64,000 nucleotides of DNA from Squalus acanthias. Lineage: Eukaryota. Positions 13,521 through 26,271 of the stretch are shown here, in pieces. How positions within the stretch are numbered: position 1 is the stretch's first letter; every line of letters begins with the position of its first letter. The position numbers and the translations under genes were made by a program. The notes below the pieces were generated by a model. The model was given only the letters and a program-made list of their open reading frames with translations. It made no database searches and was not told the origin of the DNA. The stretch lies in assembly GCA_030390025.1 (NCBI GenBank), contig JASTWF010000323.1, forward strand, positions 1-64,000, given 5' to 3'.

Positions 13521-13879
13521 TTCTGCTTCTGTCCAATTCCATTACTTATAAATGACCTTTAAGCATCACTTCAACATTGACACATGACTGTTCGGAAGGG
13601 ATTCAACCTGTAAATATTCTCTCACTAACACTCAGTCTCCATTAAAGACCAGCCTTGGTGATGCTTGACTTTCAGTTTAAATACAGAGACCATCGCAGTC
13701 CCTTTACTGTCCCCGTGTTAGCGGGTGAGTGAAGCAGTTAGATTCTGGGACATTGACATCCCATCAGGGCACTCGCAGTGTCCCACGTCCTGGTTACAGA
13801 AACGCTCTCCCAGTAAGACCCCATCTGGAATTCTGTGTTCAATTCTGAGCAGAGCACCTCAGGAAGGATATATTGGCGA

Positions 13880-14560
13880 ACACTCCACCCCCACCCCCCC
13901 AGATTTCCTGACCTTCTCTGCCCCGCCCCGAGTTCCTGACATTTGTCCCACAGAGTTCCTGACCTATGCCCCCGAGTTCCGGACATTTGCCTCCGCAGAG
14001 ATCCTGACTTTTGTACCCTCCCAGTTCTTGGCTTTTGGCCCCCAATTTTCTGACATTTGCTCTCCCCCGAGGTCTTGACTTTTGCCCCCCAATTCCTGAC
14101 ATTTGCCCAGCTCCTAGTTCCTGACCTTTGTCCCGCGAGTTCCTGAACTTTGCCCCCCGAGTTCCTGTACTTCCCCCCCGACTTCCTGACCTTTGCCACC
14201 CACCGAGTTCATGACCTTTGTCCAACTGAGTTCCTGACCTTTTTGCCCCCCCTCGTGTTCCTGACCTATGCCAAACCCCCGATTTCCTGACCTTTGCCCC
14301 CCCCCGAGTTCCTGACCTTTGCCACCCACCGAGTTCATGACCTTTGTCCCACCGAGTTCCTGAACTTTTTGTCCTCCGATTTCCTGACCAGTGCCCACCC
14401 CCCCGTTTTCCTGACCTGTGCCCCACAAAGTTCATCACCTTTGTCCAACGAATTCCTGACCTTTCTGCCCTCCGCCGTGTTCCTGACCTCTGCCCCCTCC
14501 CCGATTTCCTGGCCTTTGCACCGCCCCCCCGAGTTCCTGACCTTTGCCCCCGCCCCCCAA
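13880..14560. repeat. GC-skewed minisatellite, ~21-24-bp variable unit (GAGTTCCTGACCTTTGCCCC)
   Basis: Tandem copies directly downstream of the exon C2 donor; source of spurious ORFs 13725-14638. Confidence 0.9.
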
Positions 14561-14566
14561 ATGTAC

Positions 14567-14731
14567 CTGTGCAATAAGCAGATTTACTCTTGGGTGTCGG
14601 CTTCAACTCATAAACGAAGTAACTGGTGCAGTTTTTGATCTTTATCTCCAGGTTCTCATCGCAGGGTTTACCAACCTTGGTAAAACAAATTGTCCCCGTC
14701 ATTTCTCCCTGTCCCACGGTGGGATGAGAAT
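14567..14731 (-). CDS. Cassette 2 exon C (C-terminal D8C half)
   Basis: gtttcag|AT...ACAG|gtacat, 165 nt, phase 1-1. SHPTVGQGEMTGTICFTKVGKPCDENLEIKIKNCTSYFVYELKPTPKSKSAYCT. Confidence 0.9.
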
Positions 14732-14823
14732 CTGAAACGAGGTTTATAAATATTGAAGAATGTACCGAGGTGAACAGTGCTGGACAGTGAATGTAAATCT
14801 GAGATTATAAAGTCTGAAATTAC

Positions 14824-14900
14824 CCTTTAACCAGCCTGGGTGCTTTGTGGAGCAGCGATCCTTTGGGACCTCAGTCTCGGGAATCTTCCATCCACCAGAA
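14824..14900 (-). CDS. Cassette 2 exon B (middle D8C exon)
   Basis: ttccag|T...AAGG|gtaatt, 77 nt, phase 2-1. SGGWKIPETEVPKDRCSTKHPGWLK. Confidence 0.9.
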
Positions 14901-15061
14901 CTGGAACAAAAATCACATAGTCAGCCCCTGAACTGATGGCACTTATTAACTGACAGAAAGACTGGGAACTGACTGGTTGGGAAAGGTCACACCATGTTTC
15001 TGCTCTGCAAGTTAGAGGCCGGGGTTAAATAGCTGGTTAGCGTTAAAGCAGTAGCTTGGAG

Positions 15062-15445
15062 ATTAGTAACTGTTAATATTACATTAAATTAGTAACTGTT
15101 AATATTATATTAAATTAGTAACTGATAATACTACATCATATTAGTAACTGTTAAAACTATCTTACATTAGTAACTGTTGATTCTATATTAAATTACTCAC
15201 TGTTAATACTACAAAAAATTAGTAACTTTAATACTATATTTAATTAGTGACTGCGAATACTACATTAAATTAGTTACTGCTAATACTATATTTAATTAGT
15301 GACTATTAATACTACATTAAATTAGTAACTATTAATACTGCATTAAATGAGTAACTGTTAATACTATATTAAATTACTAACTGTTAATAATATCTTAAAT
15401 TAGTGACAGTTAATACTCTATTAACTTAGTAAGTGTTAATAACAT
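15062..15445. repeat. 26-bp AT-rich minisatellite
   Basis: Tandem ATTAGTAACTGTTAATACTAYATTAA. Confidence 0.9.
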
Positions 15446-15509
15446 ATAATAATAACTTCAATTAGGTACCCCTGTAGTGTTAGTAAAGTTAGGTAATAGT
15501 CAGATAAAA

Positions 15510-18500
15510 AGAGGCATGTCATCTCAGTCCCAAGGATTGCGCATCCTGTGCCATGTGGGAAATCCAGGACGTTTCCCGTGTTCTGCTCAACCACGTGTGC
15601 AGCATGTGTGATCAGCTGGAGGAGCTCGCCTCCGGGTTTCGGAGCTTGAGCAGACGCTGGCGTCACTGCGGTGCATCCGCGAGGCTGAGGGATACGAGCA
15701 TAGCACGTTTCAGGAGGTGGTCACCCCGCAGATATGGAGTGCACAGGCAGAGAGGGAATGGGTGACCGTCAGACAGAAGAGGAGGACCAGGCAGGTAGTG
15801 CAGGAGTCCCCTGAGAGCATCTCGCTCACCAACCAGTATTCTGTTCTGAGTAGTGGTGAGGGCGATGGTTCCACTGCGGATTACAGCCGGAGACAAGTCC
15901 TCGGCATCACGGTTGTCTCATTTGAGTTGGGTGGACGGAAATAGGGAAAGCAATAGTGGTAGGGGTTTCGATTTAGTGGAGCAGACAATTGTTTCTGCGG
16001 CCGCAGATGTGACTCCAGGATGATATGTTATCTCGCTGGTGCCAGGTTTAAGCATGTCACAGAGCGGCTGCAGAACATTCTGATTGTGGAGGGTGAACAG
16101 CCAGAGGTCATGCTCCATATCATTATCAACGGAATAGGTTGAAAGAAGGATGAGGTACTACTGGCGGATTTTAGGGAGCTAGTAAAGAGATTAAAAAGCA
16201 GGACCTCAAAGGTAGTAATCTCTGGATTACTCCCGGTTCCATGCGCGAGTGAGTATAGCAATAGAAGGATAGAGCAGATGAATGCGTGGCTGGAGAGATG
16301 GTGCAGGAGGGAAGGCTTCAGACTCTTGGGGCACTGGGGCCTCTTCTGTGGCAGGTGGGTCCTGTACAGGCCAGGCGGGTTGCTCCTCAACAGAGCCATT
16401 ATCAATATCCTCGCGGGGAGATTTTCTCCTGTTATTGGGGAAGGTTTAAACTAAGTTGAGAGGGGTATGGGCACCATGATGTAGCATTAAAAAGGAGAAA
16501 TAACGGCCACAATGGATTGTGAGAGACGGATAGCACTAAATAAGAAATAGCAAGGTATTAGTTGGCATCAGGCTTGGAGAGAACACAGGATGGTATAAGT
16601 CAGGTTTACAGTTTATGCATGTGAACGCACGAAGCACAGTAATCAAGGTGTGTGAGCTTCAGGCACAAATAGTCACCGGGGAATATGATGTCATGGCAAT
16701 AACGGAGACCTAGCTCAAAAAAGAGCAGGATTGTGCATTACATATTCCTGGATATAAGGTGTTCAGGAAAGATAGGGAAGGAATGATAGGAGGTGGTGTG
16801 GCAGTATTGGTTAAGGAGAATGTTACAATGCTGGAGAGAGGGAATGTCCTGGAGGGGTCGAAGTCAGAATCAAATGTCTGGATTTAAGATAAAATAGAGG
16901 AGCCATTGCACTTCTGGGGCATTTTATAGGTCACCAAATAGTGGTAAAAATATGGAGAAGCAAACTTGCAGAGAAATTACAGAGAGATGCAAGAACTATA
17001 GAGTAGTGAGAATGGGGTAGCTCAACTATCCTAATATAGACGGGGATAGTAATTGTGCAAAGGGCAGAGAGGGGGACGAATTTCAGGAGTGTGTTCAGGA
17101 AATCTTTCTTGATCAGTATGCTTCCAGCCCAACGAGGAAGCAGGCATTGCTAGGTTAGCTTCTGGGGACTGAGTTAGGTCAAGTGGAGCAAGTGACAGTA
17201 CGTGAATATTTATGGAGCAGTGACATAGGATCATAAGGTTTAGATTAGCTCAGGAAAAGTACAAGGATCAATCTAGAGTAAAACTACTTAAGTGGGGGAA
17301 GGCCAATTTCAGTTGGATGAGAACGAATTTGGCCTGGATAAATTGGAATCAAAGATTGGCAGGCAAAAGTGTAATGGAACAATGGGCTGCATATCATGAG
17401 GAAATCTTTCAGTTACAGTCGAGTTACATTCACACTAGGGGGAAATGTATGGTAACTAAAGCCAAACCTCCCTGGATGACGAAAGAGATAAATTATAAGA
17501 TGAAGCATTAGAAGAGCGCGTATGACAGATGTCAGATCGAGAATACATCTGATAATCATGCTGAATATAAAAAGTTCAGAAGAGAAGTGAAGAAGAAAAT
17601 ATGAAGGGCAAAGCAGGATATGAGAACAGAATGGCAGCTAACTTAAAAGGTAATCCAAAAGTATTCTATAGACATAAAAACAGGTAGTAAGAGGATGTCA
17701 AGGACAGAATCAAATGTCTGGAGTTAAGATAAAAATAGAGGGGGCATTACATTACGTGGGTACTTTATAGACCACAAAATAATGGGACAAATATGGAGAA
17801 GCAAACTTGCAGAGACATTACAGAGAGATGCAAGAACTATAGAGTAGTGAGAATGGGGTACCTCAACTATCCGAATATAGACTGGGATAGTAATAGTGTA
17901 AAGGGAAGAGAGGGGAAGAATGTCTGGGTGTGTTCAGGAAATCTTTCTTGATCAGTATGCTTCCAGCCCAACGAGGAAGGAGGCATTTCTGGATCTGGTT
18001 CTGGGGAATGAGGTAGGTCAAGTGGAGCAAGTGCCAGTATGTGAATGTTTAGGGACCAGTGACGTAGTATCATAAGGGTTAGATTAGGTATGAAAAAGGG
18101 CAAGGATAAGAACATAAGAACATAAGAAATAGGAGCAGGAGTAGGCCAATCGGCCCCTCGAGCCTGCTCCGCCATTCAATAAGATCATGGCTGATCTGAT
18201 CCTAACCACCAATCTACTATCTATCACAGAACCATCTCCTGCATCTAACAGAATTGCACACACGAAATAGGAGCAGAATCAGGCTACACAGTCCCTGGGC
18301 CCGCTCCACTACCCACAGGGCCATGACCGATCCGAACCTAGACTCATGTCCAAATTCCTGCCCGCTCCCCGTAACCCTTAATGCCCTTTACTTCTAGGAA
18401 ACTGTCTATTTCTGTTTTAAATTTAATTAATGTTGTAGCTTCTACAGCTTTTTGTGGCAGCATATTCCATGGACCTACCACCCTCTGAGTGAAGTAGTTC

Positions 18501-20680
18501 CTCCTCATCTCAGTTTTGAAAGAGCAGCCCCTAGAGTAAAAATAATAAAGTGGAGGAAGGCCAAATTCAGTGGGATGAGAATGAATTTGGCCTGGATAAA
18601 TTGAAATCAAAGATTGGCAGGCAATGGAAAAATGGGCTACATTTAATGAGGAAATGTTTCAGGTACAGTCGAGGTACATTCACACTAGGGAGAAATGTAG
18701 TGTAACTAAAGCCAGTCCTCCCTGGATGACGAAAGAGATAGAGAGTAAGATGAAGCAGTAGAAGAGCGCGTATGACAGATGTCAGGTCGAGAATACATCT
18801 GATAATCATGCTAAATATAGAAAGTTCAGAAGAGAAGTGAAGAAGAAAATAGGGAGGGCAAAGTATAGTATGAAAATAGAATGGCAGCTAACATAAAAGG
18901 CAATCCAAAAGTATTCTATAGACATATAAACAGGTAGTAAGAGGACGGTGGTGCCGATTAGGAACCAAAAAGAGGACCTACGCATGGAGGCATAGGATAT
19001 GGCTGAGGTGCTAAATGAGTACTTTGCATCTGTCTTCACCAAGGAAGAGGATGCTGCCATTGATGTAGTGAACGAGGAGATAGAGGAGATACTGGATGGG
19101 ATAAAAATTGATAAAGAGGAGTTACTCGAAAGTAGGTAAGTGACCAGGTGCAGATGGGATGCATCCTTGAATGCTGCGGGAAGTGAAGTAAGAAATCGCG
19201 GAGGTACTGGCCATAATCTTCCAATCCTCCTTAGAAATGGGGGTGGTTCCAGAATACCGGAGCAATGCAAATGTTACAACCTTGTTCAAAAAATGGTGTT
19301 ACGATATTCCCAGCAACTACAGGCCTGTCAGTTTAACCCCGGTAGTGGGGAAGCCTTTAGAAACAGTAATTAGGAGAAAAATTAACAGTCACTTGGACAA
19401 GTGTGGATTAATTATCAAAGCTAAGACGCATTTATTAAAGGCAAATCGTACTGAACCAACTTGATCCAGTTTTCTGATGAGGTAACAGAGAGGGTTAATG
19501 TGGGCAATGCGTTAGACGTGGTGTACATACATTTCCAAAAGGCGTTCGACAAAGAGCCGTACAGCAGGCTTGCCAGCAAAGCTGAAGCCCATTGAATAAA
19601 AGGGACAGTGGCAGCATGGATACGAAATTGGCTAATTGACAGGATACAGAGAGTAGTGGTGAACAGAAGTTTGTCGGACAAGAGGAAGATATACAGTGGT
19701 TTTACCCAGGGGTCAGTTCTAGGACCCCTGCTTTTCTTGATATATTTTAATGACCTGGATGTGGGTGTACAGAGCACAATTTCAAAATGTGAACATGCCA
19801 CAAACTTGGAAGTATTGTTAACAGTGAGGAGCATAGTGATAGAATTCAAGAGGACATAGACAGGCTGGCGGAATGGGCGGACACGTGGCAGATGAAATTC
19901 AATGCAGAAAAGTGCGAAGTAATACATTCTTGTAGAAATAATGGGGAGATGAAATCGAAACTAAAGGGTACAATCTTAAAGTGGGTGCATGAACAGTGAC
20001 ACCAAGGCTTATATGTGCACAAGTCGTTGAAGGTGGCAAGACAGATTGAAAAAGCTTCATGAATAGAGGTATAGAGTAAAAAGTTTGGATATTGTGATGA
20101 AGCTGTCTAAAACACTGATTTGGCCACAACTGGAGTATTGTGTCCAATTCTGGGCACCGTACTTTACGATGAAAATGAATGCCTTAGAGAGGGTGCAGAA
20201 CAGGGTTACAAGAATGATTCCAGGGATAAAATATTTCAGTTTCGAGGATAGACTGGAGAAGCTGGGGTTGTTCTCCTTAGAGCAGAGAAGATTGAGAGGA
20301 GTTTTGACAGAGGTGTTCAAAATCATGAGGGGTCTGGACAAATTAGACAGAGAGAAACGGTCCCCAAAGGCAGAAGGTTCGAGAAACAGAAGACACAGAT
20401 TTAAGATAATTGGAAGAAGAAACAAAGGCAACAGAGGAAAATATTTTTTAATCAGCGAGTTGTTAAGTTCTGGAATGCACTGCCTGAAAGGGTGGGGGAG
20501 TCATAAGTAATAACGGCGTTCAGAAGGGAGTGGAGTGAGTACCCGTAGAAAAAATATTTGCAGGGCTACGGGGAAAGGGCAGGGGAGTGGAAATAACTGA
20601 AGTGCTCTTGCAGAGAGCTGGCACGCGTTCCACGGGCCGAATGGCGTTCTTCCGTGCTGTAACAATACTATGTATCTATG
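15510..20680 (+). mobile_element. Near full-length decayed CR1 (paralog of 3334-9246 and 27173-31077) with an internal ~0.85-kb tandem duplication
   Basis: Same ORF1/ORF2 remnants and same intronic position. Segment ~16850-17690 recurs at ~17695-18940. Confidence 0.9.
18108..18531 (-). mobile_element. Short antisense CR1 3' end inserted in the host CR1
   Basis: aagaacataagaacataagaaataggagc tail and RT end peptide FKTEMRRNYFTQRVVGPWN on the minus strand. Confidence 0.8.
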
Positions 20681-20714
20681 AAAGGCAGAGAGTACCGGAA
20701 ACCGGGGCCCATTG

Positions 20715-21660
20715 TTTACTCTCTGTCCCCGTTCTATATTCCCCTCTATCCCGGGTATCTCCCTTTACTCTCTGTCCCCGTTCTATTTTCCTCTCTATCC
20801 CGGGTATCTCCCTTTACTCTCTGTCCCCGTTCTATATTCCTCTCTATCCCTCGTAGCTCCCTTTACTCTCTGTCCCCGTTCTATATTTCCCTCTATCCCG
20901 GGTATCTCCCTTTACTCTCTAACCCCGTTCTATATTCCCCTCTATCCCGGGTATCTCCCTTTACTCTCTGTCCCCGTTCTATATTTCCCTCTATCCCGGG
21001 TATCTCCCTTTACTCTCTAACCCCGTTCTATATTCCCCTCTATCCCGGGTATCTCCCTTTGCTCTCTGTCCCCGTTCTATATTCCCCTCTATCCCGGGTA
21101 TCTCCCTTTACTCTCTAACCCCGTTCTATATTCCCCTCTATCCCGGGTATCTCCCTTTACTCTCTGTCACCGTTCTATATCCCCCTCTATCCCGGGTATC
21201 TCCCTTTTTTTCTCTGTCCCCATTCTATATTCCCCTCTATCCCGGGTATCTCCCTTTACTCTCTGTCCCCATTCTATATTCCCCTCTATCCCGGGTATCT
21301 CCCTTTATTCTCTGACCCCATTCTATATTCCCCTCTATCCTGGGTATCTCCCTCTACTCACTGACCCCGTTCTATATTCCCCTCTATTCCGGGTATCTCC
21401 CTTTGCTCTCAAACCCCGTTCTATATCCCCCTCTATCCTGGGTATCTCCTTTTACTCTCTAACCCCGTTCTATATTCCCCTCTATCCCGGGTGTCTCCAT
21501 TTACTCTCTGTCCACGTTCTACATTCCTCTCTATCCCGGGTATCTCCATTTACTCTCTGTCTCCGTTCTATATTCCCCAATATCCCGGGTATCTCCCTTT
21601 ACTCTCTGTCCCTGTGCTATATTCCCCTCTATCTGGGGTATATCCCTTTACTCCCTGTTT
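20715..21660. repeat. 49-bp pyrimidine-rich minisatellite (CCCCGTTCTATATTCCCCTCTATCCCGGGTATCTCCCTTTACTCTCTGT), ~19 copies
   Basis: Direct tandem copies; about 1.5 copies at the paralogous site 9285-9350. Confidence 0.95.
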
Positions 21661-21835
21661 CTCTCTGCAGTGTCCGGTTGTGCCCCTTCCCCTGTATGAA
21701 CTACCTTCCCTATTTTTCTGACTGAGGATCCCGGTCTCTCTGCAGTTCCCATTCCAACACTCACACTGTAATCTTTTTTGGACATTTGCTCCTCGCTCAT
21801 CGACTATTTTATCTGTAATTTCCCCCTCACGTTAC

Positions 21836-21986
21836 CTTTTAAATCTGTACCATCCATGAACAAGTTCCTCATCACATTTCCACTTCTCATGGCCGACGCA
21901 CTGAGTCCAACTACAGTCCGTGCTCCTCCAGGGCTGGTCCAGGACTGTGTGATTTACACACGGTTCAGTGGGTGCGGAGCCTGCGA
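21836..21986 (-). CDS. Cassette 2 exon A (N-terminal D8C half)
   Basis: cactcag|TC...AAAAG|gtaacg, 151 nt, phase 1-2. AGSAPTEPCVNHTVLDQPWRSTDCSWTQCVGHEKWKCDEELVHGWYRFK. Confidence 0.9.
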
Positions 21987-22558
21987 CTGAGTGACAGAAT
22001 GATGTTTCATGTTATTATAAAGTAGAGTTAATATTACACAGCGGCTTGTACACCCCGAAGCACCAATAACCTTTGTCACACTCTCCGCACTGTTAGATAA
22101 TCCTCAAATGAAAACTGGAAACTTTCCTCCCTCTCTCAACTTTATTTCCATCTCTCTCCCAGCCCAGCCTCCCCTCTAACTCTCTGTTCACTGACAGTTC
22201 TCCCTATTCTAGATCAACCCTTATCTCTCAGGTAACAGAAAGCAGCAAAGTCCTCAGCTTCACTTCGTTCAATAGAAAAGCTGGAAATGTAAAGCAGGAA
22301 TTTAGCTATTGTGTTAACCAGGCACTGTTCTGTGTCCCTAAAAGTTGGGCTCCGTTTTACTTCGATTAACACAGAGACTCAGGATGTCCGGATCACTCTC
22401 ACACTCCCCCTCTCTCCTCACAGACTGATCTCTCTGTTCTACATTAACTGTTATGTACCAGCTACAGAGCGCCGTGTGCCAGGGTAAGTTTCAGTCTGCA
22501 GCTCCCGCTGGCACATCCAAAATTTGGTCTCCTCCTCCTGCACCTGCAGACTGAGCTG

Positions 22559-22705
22559 GTGAATAGAGTGCAGATGGTGAGTGTCACTGGATGGTCAGTA
22601 AGAGATATCATGGGGTATCTCAGTCCCCAGGTGAACACTGAGCGCAAATGGTGAGGGAAACTCGATGGTCAGTGAGAGATATCATGGGGTATCTCAGTCC
22701 TGGGG
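22559..22705. repeat. 74-bp minisatellite, 2 copies
   Basis: Same unit as 32743-33106. Confidence 0.75.
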
Positions 22706-22902
22706 TGAAATTAGATTAAGAATTACTTTCTATTGCAGGTTTTCATTGAAAAACTATATATAAATATATATATATATATGAGTATTGGATATATTAATAA
22801 TAAATATATAATAAATTGGAGGCTGAATATCAAAGTTATTTTAACAGTATATTGTACAAATTGTATGATCAATATTCTGATAGAATTAATGATTATATGA
22901 AT

Positions 22903-25060
22903 ATCATAGAATCATAGAATAGTAAAGCACTGGATGAGGCTATTCCGCCCATGGAGTCTGCGCTAGCTCTTTCGAAGATCAATCCAGTTAGTCCCACTCC
23001 CCGCTCTTTTCCATATCCCAGCATTTGTTCTCCTGCAATTATTTATCCAATTCCCTTTTGAAGGCTGCTACTGAATCTGTTTCTAATACCCTATCAGGCA
23101 GTGCTTTCCAAATCCTAAACACACGTTGCATAAAAAAGCTTTATCTCGTGTCGCCTCTGGTTATTTTCCCAATCACCTTAAATCTGCGCCCTCTTGTTAT
23201 CGAACTTCAGCCAGTGGAAACAGTTTCCATATTTTCTCTATATAAACCCATCATGATGTTGATCACCTCTACCAAATCTCCTCTCAGATTTCTCTGCTCT
23301 CAGGAGAATGACCCCAGCTTTTCCAGTCTATTTTAAATTAGTCAAAATTAAAGACTTTTAAAGAAATGATCTGAGATAAAGAAATAAGTAAACAACACTC
23401 CTGGGCCAATGGTAACCAGCTGGGCTTTGCTGCTTTAACCTAACTTGTCTTCAGCTTCCCAGCATGAAGGATGTAGGGAGATTGGAACTGGGGAGGCTCT
23501 GAGCAGGTTATGGTCAATATTGGAGAATGGTCTGTATTCATTGTAACTTTAATGGGCGTAAGAACATAAGAAATAGGAGCAGGAGTAGGCCATTCGACCC
23601 CTCGAGTTTGCTTCGCAATAAGATCATTGCTGATCTTCTACCTCAGCGCCACCTTCCCGCCATAACCCATATACCTTGGTTCCATTCGTGCCAAAATATC
23701 TATCAATCTCAGTCTTCAATATATAAAATAATCGACTGAGGATCCACAATCCTCTGGTGCGGAGAATTCCAAAGATTCACAACCCTCTGAGAAAGATATT
23801 TTTCCTCATCACAGTCCTAATTGGCTGAGGCCTTATCCTGAGACTATGACACCAACTTAAGACTCTCCAGCCAGGGAAGAACAGCCTCTCAGCATCTACC
23901 CTTTAAGAATGTTATACGTTTCAATGAGATCACCTCTCATTCTTCTAAAAATTAGAGAATATGGACCCATTCGACGTGATTGCTCCTCATAGGTCAACAC
24001 TTTATTCACCGGAATCAATCTAGAGAACATTCGTTGCACTCCCTCTGAGGCACTTATTTCCATCTTCAGATAAGGACACCAAAACTGTGCACAGTACAGG
24101 TGTTGTCTCCCCAGAGTCCTATATAATTGCTGCACGAATTGCTTAGTCTGATACTCCATCCCCCTTGCAATAAAGGGTAACATACCATTTCCCCTCCTCA
24201 ATTGCTTGCTGTACCTGCGAGTTAACATTCAGTGATTAGTGTACAAGGACCTCCTAAATCCCTCTGAATACCAACATTTATTAATTTCTCAGCTTTAAAA
24301 AATGTGCTCTTTTTCCATTCTTCCTATCAAATTGGATAATTTCACATTTCCCCACATTATACTCCATCTGCCACCGACTTGCTCAATTACTTATCCGGTC
24401 TATATCACTTTGCAGCCTCCTGCGTCCTCCTCACAGCTTTGAGAGAGGATGTGAAGATGAAAATAAGATTGGCAAAGAGTGAATATGAGAGTAGAATGCG
24501 ATGAACATAAAAGGGAACCCAAAAATGTTCTACCAGCATGTAAACAGAAAGCGGGTAGTAAGAGGCGGGGTGGGGCCTATTAGAGACAAAGAGGTGATAT
24601 ATGCTTAGAGGCGCAGGGCAAGCCGAGAATACTCAATGAGTTCTTTGTATCGGTGTTTACTAAGGAGGTTGGTGCTGACAAAATATCGGTAGAAGTGGAA
24701 ACGCTAGAAGCAATGGAAGGGGTGAAAATTGATAGACAGGAGGTACTGAGAGGCTGGGTATGCTTAGAGTGGACAAGTCGCCTCGTCCAGATGGCTTGCA
24801 TACGAGGTTGCTAAGGGAATTGGGGGAGGAGTTAGCGGAAGGAAATGTTTCCTCATGTTCTTATTCCAATCACATTATATCTGAGTCCTCTGGTTACCGA
24901 CCCTTCAGCCACTGGAAACAGATTCTCCTTATTTACTCTATTAAAACCAGTCACGATTTTGAACACATCAACCAAATCTCCCATAATCCTCTCTGATCTA
25001 TGCAGACAAATCCCAGCTTCTCCAGTCTCTCCACATAACTGAAGTCCCTCATCCATGGCA
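22903..25060. mobile_element. CR1 fragments flanking a duplicate of the upstream region (23345-23555)
   Basis: Minus-strand CR1 3' ends at ~22903-23331 and ~23558-24438, and a plus-strand fragment ~24440-24845; mirrors 11630-13520. Confidence 0.8.
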
Positions 25061-25404
25061 CCATTCTGCTTCTGCCCAATTCCAGTGCATAAAATGACCT
25101 CTCAGCATCAGCTCAACACGGAAGGGCTTCAACCTGTAAATATTCTCTCAATAACACTCAGTCTCATTAAAGTCCCATCCTTGGTGATGCTTGACTTTCA
25201 GTTTAAATACAGACACCATCGCAGTCACTTTACTGTCCCAGTGTTAGCTGGTGAGCAGCAATCAGGTTGTGGGACATTGACATCTCATCAGGGCACTCGA
25301 AGTGTCCCTCGTCCTGGTTACAGAAACACTCTCCCAGTAAGACCCCATCTGAAATTATGTGTTCAATTCTGAGAAGAGCACCTCAAGAAGGATATATTGG
25401 CCAT

Positions 25405-26010
25405 CACTCCACCCGCCCCACCCCAGAATTCCTGACCTTCTCTCATCCGCCCCGAGTTCTTGGCATTTGTCCCACAGAGTTCCTGACCTATGTCCCCGAG
25501 TTCCGGACATTTGCACTCCCCAGTCCCTGACCATTACTCCCTCGAGTTCCTGATATTTGCCCCCGCCGAGATCCTGACTTTTGTACCCTCAGAGTTCTTG
25601 GCATTTGCCCCCGAATTTCCTGACATTTGCCCTCCCCCGAGGTCTTGACCTTTGCCCCCCAATTCCTCACATTTGCCCACCTCCTAGTTCCTGACCGTTG
25701 TCCCGCGAGTTCCTGAAATTTGCCCTCCCCCGAGTTCCTGTACTTAACCTCAGTTCCTGACCTTTGACCCGCCGAGTTCCTGACCTTTGCCCCAACCCCG
25801 TGTTCCTGAACTTTGACACGCCGAGTTCCTGACTTTTGCCACCCACCGAGTTCATGACAATTGTCCCACCGAGTTCCTGACGTTTTTGCCCCCCCTACTG
25901 TGTTCCTGACCTCTGCCCACTCCCCGATTTCCTGACCTTTGCCCCCCCCCCGGAGTTCCTGACCTTTGCCCCACCCGAGTTCCTGATATTTGCCCCCACC
26001 CCCACCCCTG
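25405..26010. repeat. GC-skewed minisatellite (GAGTTCCTGACCTTTGCCCC)n
   Basis: Paralog of 13880-14560, downstream of the exon C1 donor. Confidence 0.9.
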
Positions 26011-26013
26011 TAC

Positions 26014-26178
26014 CTGTGCAATAAGCCATGTCACTCTCGGGTGTCGGCTTCAACTCATAAACGAAGTAACTGGTGCAATTTTTGATCTTTATCTCCAGGG
26101 TCTCATCGTCGGTATTTCGTTTCTCGGTAAAACAAACTGTCCTCTCCACTTCTCCCTGTCCCACGGTGGGATGAGAAC
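26014..26178 (-). CDS. Cassette 1 exon C (C-terminal D8C half)
   Basis: gtttcag|GT...ACAG|gtacag, 165 nt, phase 1-1. SHPTVGQGEVERTVCFTEKRNTDDETLEIKIKNCTSYFVYELKPTPESDMAYCT. Confidence 0.92.
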
Positions 26179-26271
26179 CTGAAACGAGGTTTGTAGATAT
26201 TGAAGAATGTAACCGAGATGAACAATGCTGGACAGTGAATGTAAATCTGAGATTATAATGTCTGAAATTAC

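Noticed and set aside
13839..14717. 292-aa ORF (and 25895-26164) as a single-exon protein
   Set aside because: Only the first ~50 codons are exon C; the remainder is read-through past a GT donor into a minisatellite.
22140..22500. Plus-strand microexon-like signals (..ccag|CTACAGAGCGCCGTGTGCCAGG|gtaagt; paralog near 32645)
   Set aside because: Antisense to the gene, with no coherent exon chain; the region is a diverged ~90-bp internal duplication and the other donors are not conserved between paralogs.
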